Shown piece by piece: positions 1 to 10,185 of a DNA stretch of 64,000 nucleotides; the stretch's first letter is position 1; each line of letters opens with the position of its first letter. The DNA is from a virus (lineage: Duplodnaviria > Caudoviricetes), in the IMG/VR virus record IMGVR_UViG_3300014204_000114, positions 32,001 to 96,000 of that record. One strand, 5' to 3'. The position numbers and the translations under genes are program-made. Under the pieces are notes generated by a model. The model was not told where the DNA came from. It saw only the letters and a program-made list of their open reading frames with translations, and did no database searches.

Positions 1-362
1 ATTGCTGCCGCGCCAGCGCGAGCCCCAACACCCTTCATAAATGCCCTAGTCGGACTCATCCCAGATTTAGCGAAGTTGTTTGCCGCGTTTATAATCCCAG
101 GCGACGTCTTAAGACTAAAAGCTGCACCGGCTAGTCCTAAAGCCCCTAAGCCTACCGCGGTAGACCCCGGGTTATCAGAAAAACCAATTCCAGCTGCCGC
201 TCCGGCACCAAGAACTCCCCAGCCAGCCGCTTTTAAAGCAGTTGGGCCAAGACCAGATATAGCACTACCAATTGCAGCACCGACACCGATGCCAGCCGCG
301 CCCACCCCTACTACAGGAGCAGCTGCCCCTAATGCTAATTTGGCTAGAGTCCGTTCTATCAT
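1..362 (-). CDS. Gly/Ala-rich hydrophobic protein, partial (runs off window); virion/ejection-like
   Basis: ATG at 362 just after the stop of the 1097-aa gene; reads MIERTLAKLALGAAAPVVGVGAAGIG... with no stop to the window edge. Confidence 0.75.
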   Translation of the reverse strand, partial: MIERTLAKLALGAAAPVVGVGAAGIGVGAAIGSAISGLGPTALKAAGWGVLGAGAAAGIGFSDNPGSTAVGLGALGLAGAAFSLKTSPGIINAANNFAKSGMSPTRAFMKGVGARAGAAA

Positions 363-363
363 A

Positions 364-3300
364 CTATGCCTTTATATGCTTTCTCCCGCCATCTTTACCA
401 TTCATCCACATTACTACTGTGGCGTCTTTGGTAAGATCGGCAGAAAACTGCTTTCTTTCTCTGTTTTTAAGTCCATTAATAGCCATCTCTTTATCCGCAC
501 TCGAACTAGTCTTACTTTTTATTGTATCAAATTTCTTAGAAGTAGCAAAGTTGATCGTTCTCGAATACTCGGCCATGACTGCCGGGATCTTTGGTTCGGA
601 TGTAGTTTCGCTAACTAAAGCCGTGACTTTCTTATCAGTATTAACATTATAGACGTTTTGAGAAGCTGTAAACTCAGCTGAAGCTGAATTAGGTAAGTAA
701 ACTTCTGAAGGTCTCGCGGATTCGGTAGTGTAACCCGTCTTTATAGGATCGTTATATACCCCCTGCTGACGTTCTCCCCAACCACGAGAAGCTACTGAAG
801 TAGAAGCCAGTATTTGGGAGCTTACGTCGGCGCCTATTCTATAGCCGGATCCAAAGTCAGTCTGTTCCTTTCTGCTGTCTCCGGACATACCAGATTCGCC
901 AAGCCCTTCCATTATATTAACAGAATGACCTCTTCTTCTAGAAGCTCTTATTGCTCCCAGGTTTGAAGGCATGCCGCGCTTCGTTTTCTGAAAATCCTCT
1001 AAAGCCCACTTATATTGGGTCTCCGCGGATACTAAAAATTCCTTCCAACTTCTATGCTTCCAATAATTCTCTAAGGCTGATTCTTGCGGAAACTCATTCC
1101 AATCTATACCTCTTTCTTCCGCCATTACAGCCATAGCATCACGCTGCGCCATAAAGTTGCTTACTGCCTGTTTATAAAGAGTGTCGTCTGTTTTCCATCT
1201 AAAAGTTATCGGTTCTGCGTTAGGGTCTTCCATAGGATAATAGTTAATACTAGCATAAGGAAGATTCATCGTTTTAGCGTACCAGTTAGTCTGCAAGATA
1301 TGAGACATATAAGGCTTTTGGTTTTTCATCATGGTCTCATAACGGCCTTTCGTTAGAGACTTGATATCCATGACTTCATTTTCGAATACTACGTCGGCAT
1401 AACTCCTGACTCTTAAAATAGGATCTTCCACTAAGACTTCAGATTTTGCGCCTTTCTGTTCGAACCGTTTTTCTAATAGTCTATGATATGCAGTACCAAG
1501 CTCCATAGACGCTTTAGAATAAGGACTTTGCTCTTCTTCTTTCTCTCCTGTGATACCGGCTATTCTTCCGAAAGCGACTCCTTTCGCAGGATGCCCTACG
1601 GTAGAAGCACCTAACCATACGTTATATGGTCCCGGGTTATCATCCATTAGTATTTCTACAGAGTTGTATAATCCTCTATAACCAGAACCAAAGTCGGTCA
1701 TCTTTCTTCTTCTCTGAGAAGCGTAACCGTCATGCCTCAGAGCCTCTATAGTATTATAAGCATCATCTTTCGCGGAAATATATCCCGGCACAGTATTAGC
1801 TTGAGTGTTCCTTTGAATATCTTTTCTTGTATTGCCAGGGATCCCAGCGGCGTGGACATTTCTAGTTACTCTTTGTTTCCACGGAGTTCTAGAAGTAAAA
1901 ATGCGCCCGACTTTTCTTTCGGATTGGAATCTCTTGCCTTGAATGGTCCTCAGATCTTCTCCGCGCTGGACTTGGTTCAAAGCAGTACTTTGATAATAGT
2001 TCGACCTGAACGGATAACTTACATCTTTATACTTAGCCGATACATAAGAGAAGTTGTCGCCTTTTAGTATCCGGACATTCTCTCTATTAAAGCTCTGCCC
2101 GGATAAATTAGAGGGAAGATCGGTCGTTAATAGACCGGCATCTTCCGTCGTTCTTAAGCCGAGCTTGCCTTCTTCTCCGGCATACCCCATTTCTCTAAGT
2201 ATATGATCATTATTGGTTTCTATGCTAGGAGCACGATTAAAAATATTGTCGTATAGCGCAGTTACCGCAACAGCTCCAGCGACGCCAATAGCTAATCCCG
2301 ACGGCTTTATATACCCTTTGCTTAAAGTGGAAATATTTCCGGCAACACCACTAAAAAATCCAGAAACTGCAGATGTAGCTGTAGTTACTGTAGAAGAAGG
2401 AGATATTAAAGTCGGTGCTATATTTTTAGGAGCTGTTATAGCCGCCGCTGCTATTTTTTGCTTAGTAGCTGTATAAAAAGCCTGAGCGTCTGGAGGTAGT
2501 CCCGAAAAGTTCTTGTCGAAATACGATTCATATTGCCACGGGATTTTAGGTAATTCTTTTCTGGCTAGAACCTCATCTACTTTGGTCCCTGTTTTGTATA
2601 ATTCAGCTAAGAGCCATGCTCTTTTTTCGTCCTGAGAAAAACCTCCAGCCCGGGCGGTACTTAATAAGAATGGAAGAGCTTCCCTTGTATACCTAACGTC
2701 TATAGCCGGGTTATGAGCACCAGCTTCATATATAGCTCTTACGTCAGCAAGAGTTTTGATTTTAGAAGCGTTCGCTGCGGCGAGCATTGATTCGAGAGAC
2801 CACCCGCGCATTATTTTAGTATCGCCCTGTAGTAACTGAGCTATATGTAATTCTTCGTCTATTTGAGTCTTTAGGAATCCGAGCTCTTTAAGAGGAGAGA
2901 TTATGGACGCTTTTGCAAGTTTAGCAAGATCGAAGTATCTTTGTTGGGCTTTTGTTGTTGTTTTTTGATGGAACAGATTAATTATAGCAGGAAGAAGTTT
3001 AGCTCTTTCTTGGGATCTTGCCGCCTGAGATATTAAAGCGGGCTTATCGAACGACTCGATATTATGACCGACTATAACGGCATCCTGATCAAGCATTATC
3101 TTTGCCGCGTCGTCAGCAAACTCCAGCATCATCTTATCGATACTACTAAATGTCTTTAGAGCGCCGGTTTCTGCTTGATTCAACGCCAGACTAGCTTTTG
3201 AGCTTGCAGCTAGATACTTCCCCTGATCTATCTTATAAAATTTCCCTTTCCACTGTCTGTAGAACGGATTCTTTTGGTTTGTCTGTAGAATGCCCTCAGC

Positions 3301-3657
3301 TTCAGGGACCTCTTCGAGTCCTATAACATTTTTGATCGTAAATTCAGAAACATCCCCTTTTTCAACAAGATCCCAAGTAGCTTCCGGAGAGAGAGAATAA
3401 AGAGTTGTTTTGCCTTGATAGTGAAGACCTATCTGGATGACATCTACGTCTTTGGCGCCGGTTACGGCGTTTTTGCTGAATCTAGATGCGGACTTGAGGC
3501 TTTTTCTGCCTGTTGTGGAAGAGCCTAATTTTTCCTGATCCGGTAATCCCGTAGTTTCAACGTCAACAAATGCAACTTTACCCAGAGCTTGCTGAGAGTT
3601 AACAAGCTTGGATATAATGTCCGCGTCGGGCTTTCCGAATAAGTCTAAAAAGCTCAT
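364..3657 (-). CDS. Multidomain nuclease: N-terminal DEDDh 3'-5' exonuclease plus PD-(D/E)xK (RecB/Cas4-like) nuclease domain
   Basis: VAFVDVETTGL, VGHNIESFD and GAHNPAID (Exo I-III); LGTAYHRLLE, ADVV..MDIKS and LQTNWYA (PD-(D/E)xK with QxxxY). Confidence 0.8.
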   Translation of the reverse strand: MSFLDLFGKPDADIISKLVNSQQALGKVAFVDVETTGLPDQEKLGSSTTGRKSLKSASRFSKNAVTGAKDVDVIQIGLHYQGKTTLYSLSPEATWDLVEKGDVSEFTIKNVIGLEEVPEAEGILQTNQKNPFYRQWKGKFYKIDQGKYLAASSKASLALNQAETGALKTFSSIDKMMLEFADDAAKIMLDQDAVIVGHNIESFDKPALISQAARSQERAKLLPAIINLFHQKTTTKAQQRYFDLAKLAKASIISPLKELGFLKTQIDEELHIAQLLQGDTKIMRGWSLESMLAAANASKIKTLADVRAIYEAGAHNPAIDVRYTREALPFLLSTARAGGFSQDEKRAWLLAELYKTGTKVDEVLARKELPKIPWQYESYFDKNFSGLPPDAQAFYTATKQKIAAAAITAPKNIAPTLISPSSTVTTATSAVSGFFSGVAGNISTLSKGYIKPSGLAIGVAGAVAVTALYDNIFNRAPSIETNNDHILREMGYAGEEGKLGLRTTEDAGLLTTDLPSNLSGQSFNRENVRILKGDNFSYVSAKYKDVSYPFRSNYYQSTALNQVQRGEDLRTIQGKRFQSERKVGRIFTSRTPWKQRVTRNVHAAGIPGNTRKDIQRNTQANTVPGYISAKDDAYNTIEALRHDGYASQRRRKMTDFGSGYRGLYNSVEILMDDNPGPYNVWLGASTVGHPAKGVAFGRIAGITGEKEEEQSPYSKASMELGTAYHRLLEKRFEQKGAKSEVLVEDPILRVRSYADVVFENEVMDIKSLTKGRYETMMKNQKPYMSHILQTNWYAKTMNLPYASINYYPMEDPNAEPITFRWKTDDTLYKQAVSNFMAQRDAMAVMAEERGIDWNEFPQESALENYWKHRSWKEFLVSAETQYKWALEDFQKTKRGMPSNLGAIRASRRRGHSVNIMEGLGESGMSGDSRKEQTDFGSGYRIGADVSSQILASTSVASRGWGERQQGVYNDPIKTGYTTESARPSEVYLPNSASAEFTASQNVYNVNTDKKVTALVSETTSEPKIPAVMAEYSRTINFATSKKFDTIKSKTSSSADKEMAINGLKNRERKQFSADLTKDATVVMWMNGKDGGRKHIKA

Positions 3658-4403
3658 TTATCGAATGAGTCGACATCAATAACCGATTGGTCCGCAAGGT
3701 CCTTTACTTTAGCCGTAACGGCATTCACGTTAACTAAGAATTTAGCCATAGCTGTAGAAGCATCAGAGCCATCGGTCTTTTTAAGAGCCGCCTCCCTTTT
3801 ATACTTTTCTTGTCTGTCGCCAACCAGAAGTTTTATTATCCTAGACCTTCTGGCTTTAAGCCTTTCTTTTGCTTCCCAAAGAGGATTGACGCCGAGCATG
3901 GAAATCGGCTCTCCTTCTTTAGTCACTCCTACGACATTTTCGGTTACCATCTGCGCCATGTCCGGTTCAGCCATTGCCATAGTCGCCCTTAACTCCAAAA
4001 CATCAAGTTCGGCCAGCTCATTAGCCATACCGACTTCAGTAGGAGACATCGGATCGACTCCGTACTCATTTATATAACCTTCGCGCCAGACCATAAACAA
4101 AGAAACTTCCATAAAGCACTGTTTGCCCATTGGAGCTTTATTCATCTGCGCGAGAGGACAATTCTTTCTAAACACTTCAGGACATTTTGGACCGCCGCAC
4201 TTTAATGGCACCATAGCCTGAAGACCGGTCTTAAGATGAGCCAGATGGACCTTTAGCTTCTGCTTTTCTTCCGGAGTTAACTGTATTGACTCGTACGAAT
4301 CAATAGTAGTTTCGACGTTTTTTAAAAAAGCCTTCTTATCTAGCCCTTCATCTCTGACAAGGTTAGTATCTATGGAGACTAATGCTTTTACTTCGTCACT
4401 CAT
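3654..4403 (-). CDS. Hypothetical protein with Cys cluster (CGGPKC..NC..QC)
   Basis: 249-aa ORF, 4-nt overlaps with neighbours. Confidence 0.75.
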   Translation of the reverse strand: MSDEVKALVSIDTNLVRDEGLDKKAFLKNVETTIDSYESIQLTPEEKQKLKVHLAHLKTGLQAMVPLKCGGPKCPEVFRKNCPLAQMNKAPMGKQCFMEVSLFMVWREGYINEYGVDPMSPTEVGMANELAELDVLELRATMAMAEPDMAQMVTENVVGVTKEGEPISMLGVNPLWEAKERLKARRSRIIKLLVGDRQEKYKREAALKKTDGSDASTAMAKFLVNVNAVTAKVKDLADQSVIDVDSFDK

Positions 4404-4660
4404 CTGTAATTTATCGTCACAAAAACAGGGTTATCTTTCTTTGCCGCCTGTTCAGTTTTCATTCTCGCTTCCATTAAGTCAAACGTCTGAGCCGCAGCCG
4501 AATGATCTAAAGAAACGACTATGTCATCCTTATCGTAAAGAATGACAGAAGTGTCACTTAAGGACAATACCTTATATTCCTTCCCGGCCAGGAACCTAAA
4601 TTCCTTAGTTATATAATCGTAAACTGAGCTTTCCAAACATTTCACAAAAACGTCTTCCAA
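4400..4660 (-). CDS. Hypothetical protein
   Basis: ORF packed in the operon. Confidence 0.65.
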   Translation of the reverse strand: MEDVFVKCLESSVYDYITKEFRFLAGKEYKVLSLSDTSVILYDKDDIVVSLDHSAAAQTFDLMEARMKTEQAAKKDNPVFVTINYR

Positions 4661-4661
4661 G

Positions 4662-4898
4662 TTATATTCCTTTCTTTTCCAATTCTATTATATCATTAAA
4701 AATCTTCTTGATTCTATCTTTTAATTCCGGGAGGTCCTCTCTTAACAAAAGAGCATAAGCTTTAGCTGTATACGCGCAGTCTAGTTTCTTTTCTGACTTT
4801 GTAGCGAAATGAACGAATTGATTAATGTGAGATCTTTCGATCCTATCTTTTAGGTCATTGAGTTGTTGCGAAATTTGCAAGTACTCGTACAATTTCAC
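4662..4898 (-). CDS. Hypothetical protein
   Basis: GTG start with GGGGA SD. Confidence 0.65.
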   Translation of the reverse strand: MKLYEYLQISQQLNDLKDRIERSHINQFVHFATKSEKKLDCAYTAKAYALLLREDLPELKDRIKKIFNDIIELEKKGI

Positions 4899-5054
4899 TC
4901 CCCATTTGTGAACTTAGTAGTTAGCCTGGCTAATCCCTCTTTAGTATATATAGGAGAACGAACTAAACGTAGCAAGTCGGAATACTTCTTCATTCTATTG
5001 TATGATACTGCTTCTTGTTTAGAAGTGTCAGGCTTTTTAGGCTGATTTGTATTC

Positions 5055-5468
5055 CTAATCCTTCGTCTGCTCATATTTCTTTACTGAATTGACTTTCCAG
5101 TCGTTAATAATCTGATAAGCTCTTTCTCTTAAAAAGTCCGTTTTCTTAGTATCTGAAAAGACGTAATCCCCCAGTTTGTTTATCTTACTGGAGAGTTCGG
5201 AGCATATATCATCAAAAGCCTCTTCTACTTTATCGTCTTCCAAAAGAGCCCAAAATGAATTCGACTCTTTAGTCTCCGACATCCACTCTTTTAAAGTAGT
5301 GCTGACTTGTGACTTCACCGCGGAAATACTATTATTATCTTTAACTCCGGAAGCAACTAACCCAGCTGTAAATAAATCAAAAAGTTTAAATATCAAACTT
5401 GGAGTTTTAACTTCTTTAGTAGAAAATAGATCAATCTCAATAGTCTTTAGAATTTTAGCTTTGTCCAA
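5055..5468 (-). CDS. Hypothetical protein
   Basis: 137-aa ORF with AAGGA SD. Confidence 0.7.
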   Translation of the reverse strand: MDKAKILKTIEIDLFSTKEVKTPSLIFKLFDLFTAGLVASGVKDNNSISAVKSQVSTTLKEWMSETKESNSFWALLEDDKVEEAFDDICSELSSKINKLGDYVFSDTKKTDFLRERAYQIINDWKVNSVKKYEQTKD

Positions 5469-5491
5469 TTCCTTTTCCTTTAGAAAAATTA

Positions 5492-6193
5492 TCAGCCGTA
5501 AGGACGACCTGTAGAACGAATACGATTATATGGGCCCGACGTCACCGATTTGCTAGGAGACATTAAAGCCCCACCAACACCTGCAGCCCCTGTTAATGCC
5601 GCACTCGAAGCATAAGATCCCGCCATATTTGCATAAAGTTTAGCCCTGCCTCCACTATAACGGTTCAGAGCTCCATTGCTTTTCATAAAATTACCAACTT
5701 TAGCTCCCATTTTTCCCGAGAGCGCAATACCTTTATTTGAGGAAAGGCCATATCCGCCAGCCCCGCCAAGAGCAGCGCCAGCAGCAATACCTCCCAAAAC
5801 AGAGTTTCCACTCATAAGAGACATTAGGCCTCCGGCAGCGCCACCAGCAACGGCCATTCTGCCAGCGTATCCCAAATCTCCAAAACCTTTAGCCTTACCT
5901 ATTAATCCTGCTAGTCCTCCGCCACCAGAAGAAGCTCCAGAGGCCGCACTAATAGCGGCGTTGATTGCGCCTCCTCCTCCACCTCCACCTGCAGCGGCTG
6001 CAGCAGGAGTTATAGCAGGTGCTACTGTTTTTGCGCCGCCAGCACCAGCCCCACTTAAAAAGTCACCCATTGCCGCCAAAGCTCCCCTATTAGCAGCTAC
6101 GTCAGCTCTTATAGGAGCAACTGCGCCTTCGGCTGTGGCCATAAACCTCTGAGCCGCTCTAATAGTATTTCCTTTTGGCATCCGCGCAGGCAT
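5492..6193 (-). CDS. Gly/Ala-rich low-complexity protein, possible virion/membrane protein
   Basis: GAGGAG SD; poly-Gly/Ala tracts and glycine-zipper-like segments. Confidence 0.75.
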   Translation of the reverse strand: MPARMPKGNTIRAAQRFMATAEGAVAPIRADVAANRGALAAMGDFLSGAGAGGAKTVAPAITPAAAAAGGGGGGGAINAAISAASGASSGGGGLAGLIGKAKGFGDLGYAGRMAVAGGAAGGLMSLMSGNSVLGGIAAGAALGGAGGYGLSSNKGIALSGKMGAKVGNFMKSNGALNRYSGGRAKLYANMAGSYASSAALTGAAGVGGALMSPSKSVTSGPYNRIRSTGRPYG

Positions 6194-6245
6194 AATTATC
6201 TCCTCTTAACGGGTATAAAACCCTCTAACTCTACTATAAAGTATT

Positions 6246-6602
6246 TTAGAGATTAGTCAATCCCGTTTTCTTTAATTCTTCCAGAACCTTTTCGTCGGTA
6301 ATTTGCATTAGAGGTTTAGAGCAAGTACAAAGGACGTAGTTCTTTTTATTTACATCGTACCCCTGATATCCCCTGCCGAAACATCTAGGACAAGAAGTTT
6401 TTGGTTTTCTTTTGCAGAAATAATGAAAATCACCGTTTTCTAACTTAAGAGTTAATACATAACCCCTACGAATGAAGTTTACTATCTTCTCTACTTCTTC
6501 CCTTTGCTTCTGGATATCTGAAACTGCAGGAGCCGGGACTCCGTTAGGATCTAAAATTGTTACTGTATCTTCTAGAACTTGGTAATAGTTCGCGTTGTCC
6601 AT
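6246..6602 (-). CDS. Zn-finger protein (CxxCxGxG...CxC)
   Basis: SCPRCFGRGYQG...LCTC. Confidence 0.7.
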   Translation of the reverse strand: MDNANYYQVLEDTVTILDPNGVPAPAVSDIQKQREEVEKIVNFIRRGYVLTLKLENGDFHYFCKRKPKTSCPRCFGRGYQGYDVNKKNYVLCTCSKPLMQITDEKVLEELKKTGLTNL

Positions 6603-6603
6603 A

Positions 6604-7473
6604 TTATCCCTCTAAAAATAATAGGTTATTTGATATAAATCCGGCTGCACCTTTGTGCCCGCCGCCTCCATAGAGTTTGGCTATTTCGCCACAGTGAATT
6701 TCTAGCTTAGTTGAATATAACGAAACTGTCCACTTTTTATCTTTGTTCATCTGGAAAGCTATCATTATGTCATAATCGGTTTCATTATAAATACTATCAA
6801 AGAGTTGTGAACCTCCGCCGCCATTGAGACAAATAGCTTTTAGGTTATGAAAGGTTGTCGGAAACGCTCCATATTTACATCTATTAGCGTTTTGCGTATT
6901 CGTATACCTTTCGATTGTTTCACCACTTTTGACAATATCCGAAAAAGCACTCGTTCTGCCTTTTCCGTCGTTAAATAATAACTCCCATATTGGAGAGTTG
7001 TATTTTAACCCTAATTCTCGCATTCCCATTTGGAAAGATTTGCAATTTGGGATATCTTTCCATTTCCAAATGTCCCATCGACCCAAATAATAAATAGCCA
7101 TCGGCATTTCTGCGCCGCCGTGAATATATTCCCAAGTTAATTCACAGCCAGCCTTATCGTTATTTAAAACCATGGCAAGCGAAGTAAGGGGTATAGTGTT
7201 TTCTTTTGCCGCTTTGATTGCGGTGTCATGATGGTCAACCCATATCAAGTCGCACACATTCGCCAATTTAATCATGCCGTTTATTGGCAAACTGAAATCA
7301 ACCATATAGACAAGTTCTTTTTGACCAGATGGTAACGGTTTTATATCATCCCAAGGAAAAATATCGCCGTAATTTATCCCGTAAAAGTCGCACGGTTTAC
7401 CCTGATTGTTTTGGTAAATTATTGCCGCGCTACAAATTCCGTCAAGGTCTGCATTATGGTAAAATACTTTCAT
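6604..7473 (-). CDS. DHH/DHHA1 family phosphoesterase (NrnB-like)
   Basis: YHNADLDG, VDFS, WVDHH, GGGGHKGAAGF motifs. Confidence 0.92.
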   Translation of the reverse strand: MKVFYHNADLDGICSAAIIYQNNQGKPCDFYGINYGDIFPWDDIKPLPSGQKELVYMVDFSLPINGMIKLANVCDLIWVDHHDTAIKAAKENTIPLTSLAMVLNNDKAGCELTWEYIHGGAEMPMAIYYLGRWDIWKWKDIPNCKSFQMGMRELGLKYNSPIWELLFNDGKGRTSAFSDIVKSGETIERYTNTQNANRCKYGAFPTTFHNLKAICLNGGGGSQLFDSIYNETDYDIMIAFQMNKDKKWTVSLYSTKLEIHCGEIAKLYGGGGHKGAAGFISNNLLFLEG

Positions 7474-7474
7474 A

Positions 7475-8020
7475 CTATTCCTCTACGTAATTACGAATTT
7501 TTAGAGATTCGATGCACTCCTCGCGCCAGGTTTTAAATTCCTCACCTATGGGGGTACTCAACAAGTCTATACTCACAGTTATAGCCTGAGGTCCTTCAGC
7601 GCCCCAATCAACACTTACATTCGTGAAGCCTGAAGTCGGAGTTCCATCCTGGTTAAAGCAGAACGTCTTTCTCCTCTTATCAAAAGGATTAAACGAAACA
7701 GCTATAACAAAAGGCTCAATCGAAGGGAATTCGTACTGCGGGAGCGGAATATCCATCTGGTCTAAATCCTCTATCCCTTCTTTTCCTCTCGAAATAGCCT
7801 CCTTAATCTTTTCTAGATTAACCCCAAATATCCTTCTGGCGTCAACCCAATCCGGGGTATTAGTCGAGTCGAAACTAATTAAAAGCTCGTCCCCAAATAT
7901 CATAGCTTCAGCATCAACATAAGCTCCCTTAGAATCTCTTATAGTCGGATAAAGAATCCCGTACTTATCCATCTCAAATCTTATTTCCATAGCATTAAAC
8001 TTAAACCGTTTCGAAAACAT
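7475..8020 (-). CDS. Hypothetical protein
   Basis: AGGAG SD, 181 aa. Confidence 0.7.
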   Translation of the reverse strand: MFSKRFKFNAMEIRFEMDKYGILYPTIRDSKGAYVDAEAMIFGDELLISFDSTNTPDWVDARRIFGVNLEKIKEAISRGKEGIEDLDQMDIPLPQYEFPSIEPFVIAVSFNPFDKRRKTFCFNQDGTPTSGFTNVSVDWGAEGPQAITVSIDLLSTPIGEEFKTWREECIESLKIRNYVEE

Positions 8021-8031
8021 CTTTTTCTCCT

Positions 8032-8217
8032 TTATATAACTTCAACCCTAGCACCCTCAGTTTCCACACTTTTTCCGTTTTTGTCTAAACCATTGGAATT
8101 ATTAGGTTTTTCTTGCGCGCTTTCTCCTGAAACAACAACTTCATTTTCAATGATCCCGTATACTTTTCCTATTATAATAGCCCCGCAATGAGGGCATTTA
8201 ATTTCTACTTTCCTCAT
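8032..8217 (-). CDS. Small Zn-ribbon protein
   Basis: CPHCG motif, ATGA overlap. Confidence 0.55.
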   Translation of the reverse strand: MRKVEIKCPHCGAIIIGKVYGIIENEVVVSGESAQEKPNNSNGLDKNGKSVETEGARVEVI

Positions 8218-8870
8218 TTTTTACTATCGAATAATTCAATTAATCCTTTTGTACACGCGTCAAAATCCCCGCGCTCTATTATTTTATAGTCGAACTCTTC
8301 CTCGTCCAGCACTTCTTTAATGTAACTTTGGATTCGTGCGCGAGTCTGCTGTTTCTTTACGTGGTTTAGACTATCACCACTTAAATTACCTACTAAAATA
8401 TCATTTTGAGAGTTAGGTCCGAAAGCTTCGAGTTCTTTATCGTAATAAAGAATATACTCAACTTCCTCCGCCTTATTTGCTTCCTGAAGATCCCATATTC
8501 CGTAAGAGAAATCCATGGGTTCTTTTTCGAACGCGAATTTATTATCCTCTATAAACATCCTTGTATAGGCCAGGACGTCTATTATGCTTCTATCCGCGAT
8601 AAAGTTTTCGTTTTTAGCTAAACTGTGTTTTAAGGACCAGTTATAATAGTAGAATAAAGCCAGTTCGAAGTTTGTGTGGATCTCCGCGGAGTCTTCCCTT
8701 TCTACAGTTGAAGTTTCTACCCAGTTATAACCATAATAATCAATCCAATCCCTGGACTGTTCTAAGATGTAATTGACTTTTATGTTTCTGTTCGAACACT
8801 CTTTGACTACATTTTTAACTAACGTAGTCTTCCCAACTCCATGAGTTCCTGAAACTATAACTCCTGCCAT
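8214..8870 (-). CDS. P-loop nucleotide kinase-like protein (AAA_28/NadR-type)
   Basis: N-terminal GTHGVGKTT Walker A and IADRSIID. Confidence 0.8.
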   Translation of the reverse strand: MAGVIVSGTHGVGKTTLVKNVVKECSNRNIKVNYILEQSRDWIDYYGYNWVETSTVEREDSAEIHTNFELALFYYYNWSLKHSLAKNENFIADRSIIDVLAYTRMFIEDNKFAFEKEPMDFSYGIWDLQEANKAEEVEYILYYDKELEAFGPNSQNDILVGNLSGDSLNHVKKQQTRARIQSYIKEVLDEEEFDYKIIERGDFDACTKGLIELFDSKK

Positions 8871-8888
8871 TTCTATTCCCTTTCATTT

Positions 8889-9107
8889 TTAAGGCATTAT
8901 AAATAAGTTGCCGCCAATAAGCATAACCTGAGAGGTTCCCTGATGCTCCGCTCCCAATCCTATTAAAAGAAGTTGGCAACCGGTCAGTATCCCTAAAGCT
9001 AATACCAAAGAAACCATAAGATAACTTTCTGTTTCCTTATACGCGTATATGCTTAAGTAAATCGTTATAGCGGCGACAAAAAACGCTACTATCATACATA
9101 GTAACAT
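8889..9107 (-). CDS. Small membrane protein
   Basis: Two hydrophobic segments. Confidence 0.6.
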   Translation of the reverse strand: MLLCMIVAFFVAAITIYLSIYAYKETESYLMVSLVLALGILTGCQLLLIGLGAEHQGTSQVMLIGGNLFIMP

Positions 9108-9409
9108 TATTCACCCATCGAAGGTAAAACTGGGCCTAATTCGGAATCTATATTATCTTCAAATCTAGTCATACCGTTCCAACCTCTTATTTCAACTTTA
9201 GACCTGCCGTTTCCTTTCATCTCAAAGAGGTTCCCACCCGAGTCATATTTACGGATTACGCCAAAGTCAGCATGGATCTCGACGTTCTCCAGAATATATT
9301 CTACAGGCTTATATTCCTTACCAGCCTCTTCGAAAGCCTTACGCATAGAATCCGAGTCAATCGTAATCTTAACTTTATCGTAGCTACTTACCTTACCTAT
9401 TTTCTTCAA
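9107..9409 (-). CDS. Hypothetical protein
   Basis: ORF in the operon. Confidence 0.65.
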   Translation of the reverse strand: MKKIGKVSSYDKVKITIDSDSMRKAFEEAGKEYKPVEYILENVEIHADFGVIRKYDSGGNLFEMKGNGRSKVEIRGWNGMTRFEDNIDSELGPVLPSMGE

Positions 9410-9758
9410 CTTCCTCTCCTTTTACTAATAAATTAATACCGTCTCTTAATACTTCTTTTGTAGAATAAGGACCAAAGTCCCTAGCTAAATCGCAAACACC
9501 TAAAAAGAATTCATATTCGCAGACGGGGCATTTTACTACTTTTCCTACTATGTATTGCTCTCCCAAGAACCCCATTTGAAAGAAATCTTTGATTTCGTGG
9601 TCGCCGAAGTATTTACATTTGGGGCAATACGCATTTAACTTTGCGTTTACAACCGGCGTTACGAATAACTCTGTCCCTGGCCTCATTACTAGTACCCTCG
9701 AATTCTTTTGCTCTTCCGTTACTTTAACTATGGGAGGATATTCTCTTCTTTTACGCAA
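9393..9758 (-). CDS. Zn-ribbon protein
   Basis: CPKC...CPVC. Confidence 0.7.
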   Translation of the reverse strand: MRKRREYPPIVKVTEEQKNSRVLVMRPGTELFVTPVVNAKLNAYCPKCKYFGDHEIKDFFQMGFLGEQYIVGKVVKCPVCEYEFFLGVCDLARDFGPYSTKEVLRDGINLLVKGEEVEENR

Positions 9759-10185
9759 AAGCCGAAATTCCTTTATAGACGTTCTTAATTAAATTCTCAA
9801 TTACATCCTCGTTACACAAAATTCCAACAACTATCTTATTATCGAAACTTTTGAAATAATCAAGAGGGAGAACATGCTTATGCGAGATTTTTACGGGCTT
9901 TAAGGAATCGACATTAAATACGGTAAAGAATACTACGTCGTCAATTCCATCCCCGTCCTTGAAATTCACATTGATGTCTTCGAGCCAAAAATCAAAATTT
10001 CCGCAGATAGCATCATCCTTAAACGACATATTTAGATTAAAACAGTCTCCCTTATCTTCAATAATATAAGAGGTAATTGTCTTTCCATCTACGAAAATCC
10101 CATTCTTACATTTCTTCTCTACTAAAACTTTTTCCATTCCATCTCCTTGTTTTGTATTATAGCAAAATCGAACCCGTTCTGTCAA
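9751..10185 (-). CDS. Hypothetical protein (true start may be MEKVLV)
   Basis: ORF in the operon; AGGAG SD before the internal ATG. Confidence 0.65.
   Translation of the reverse strand: MTERVRFCYNTKQGDGMEKVLVEKKCKNGIFVDGKTITSYIIEDKGDCFNLNMSFKDDAICGNFDFWLEDINVNFKDGDGIDDVVFFTVFNVDSLKPVKISHKHVLPLDYFKSFDNKIVVGILCNEDVIENLIKNVYKGISAFA

Noticed and set aside
76-652. Plus-strand Pro/Ala-rich ORFs (also 5676-6152 and 2213-2476)
   Set aside because: Antisense shadows of Gly/Ala-rich minus-strand genes; no SD
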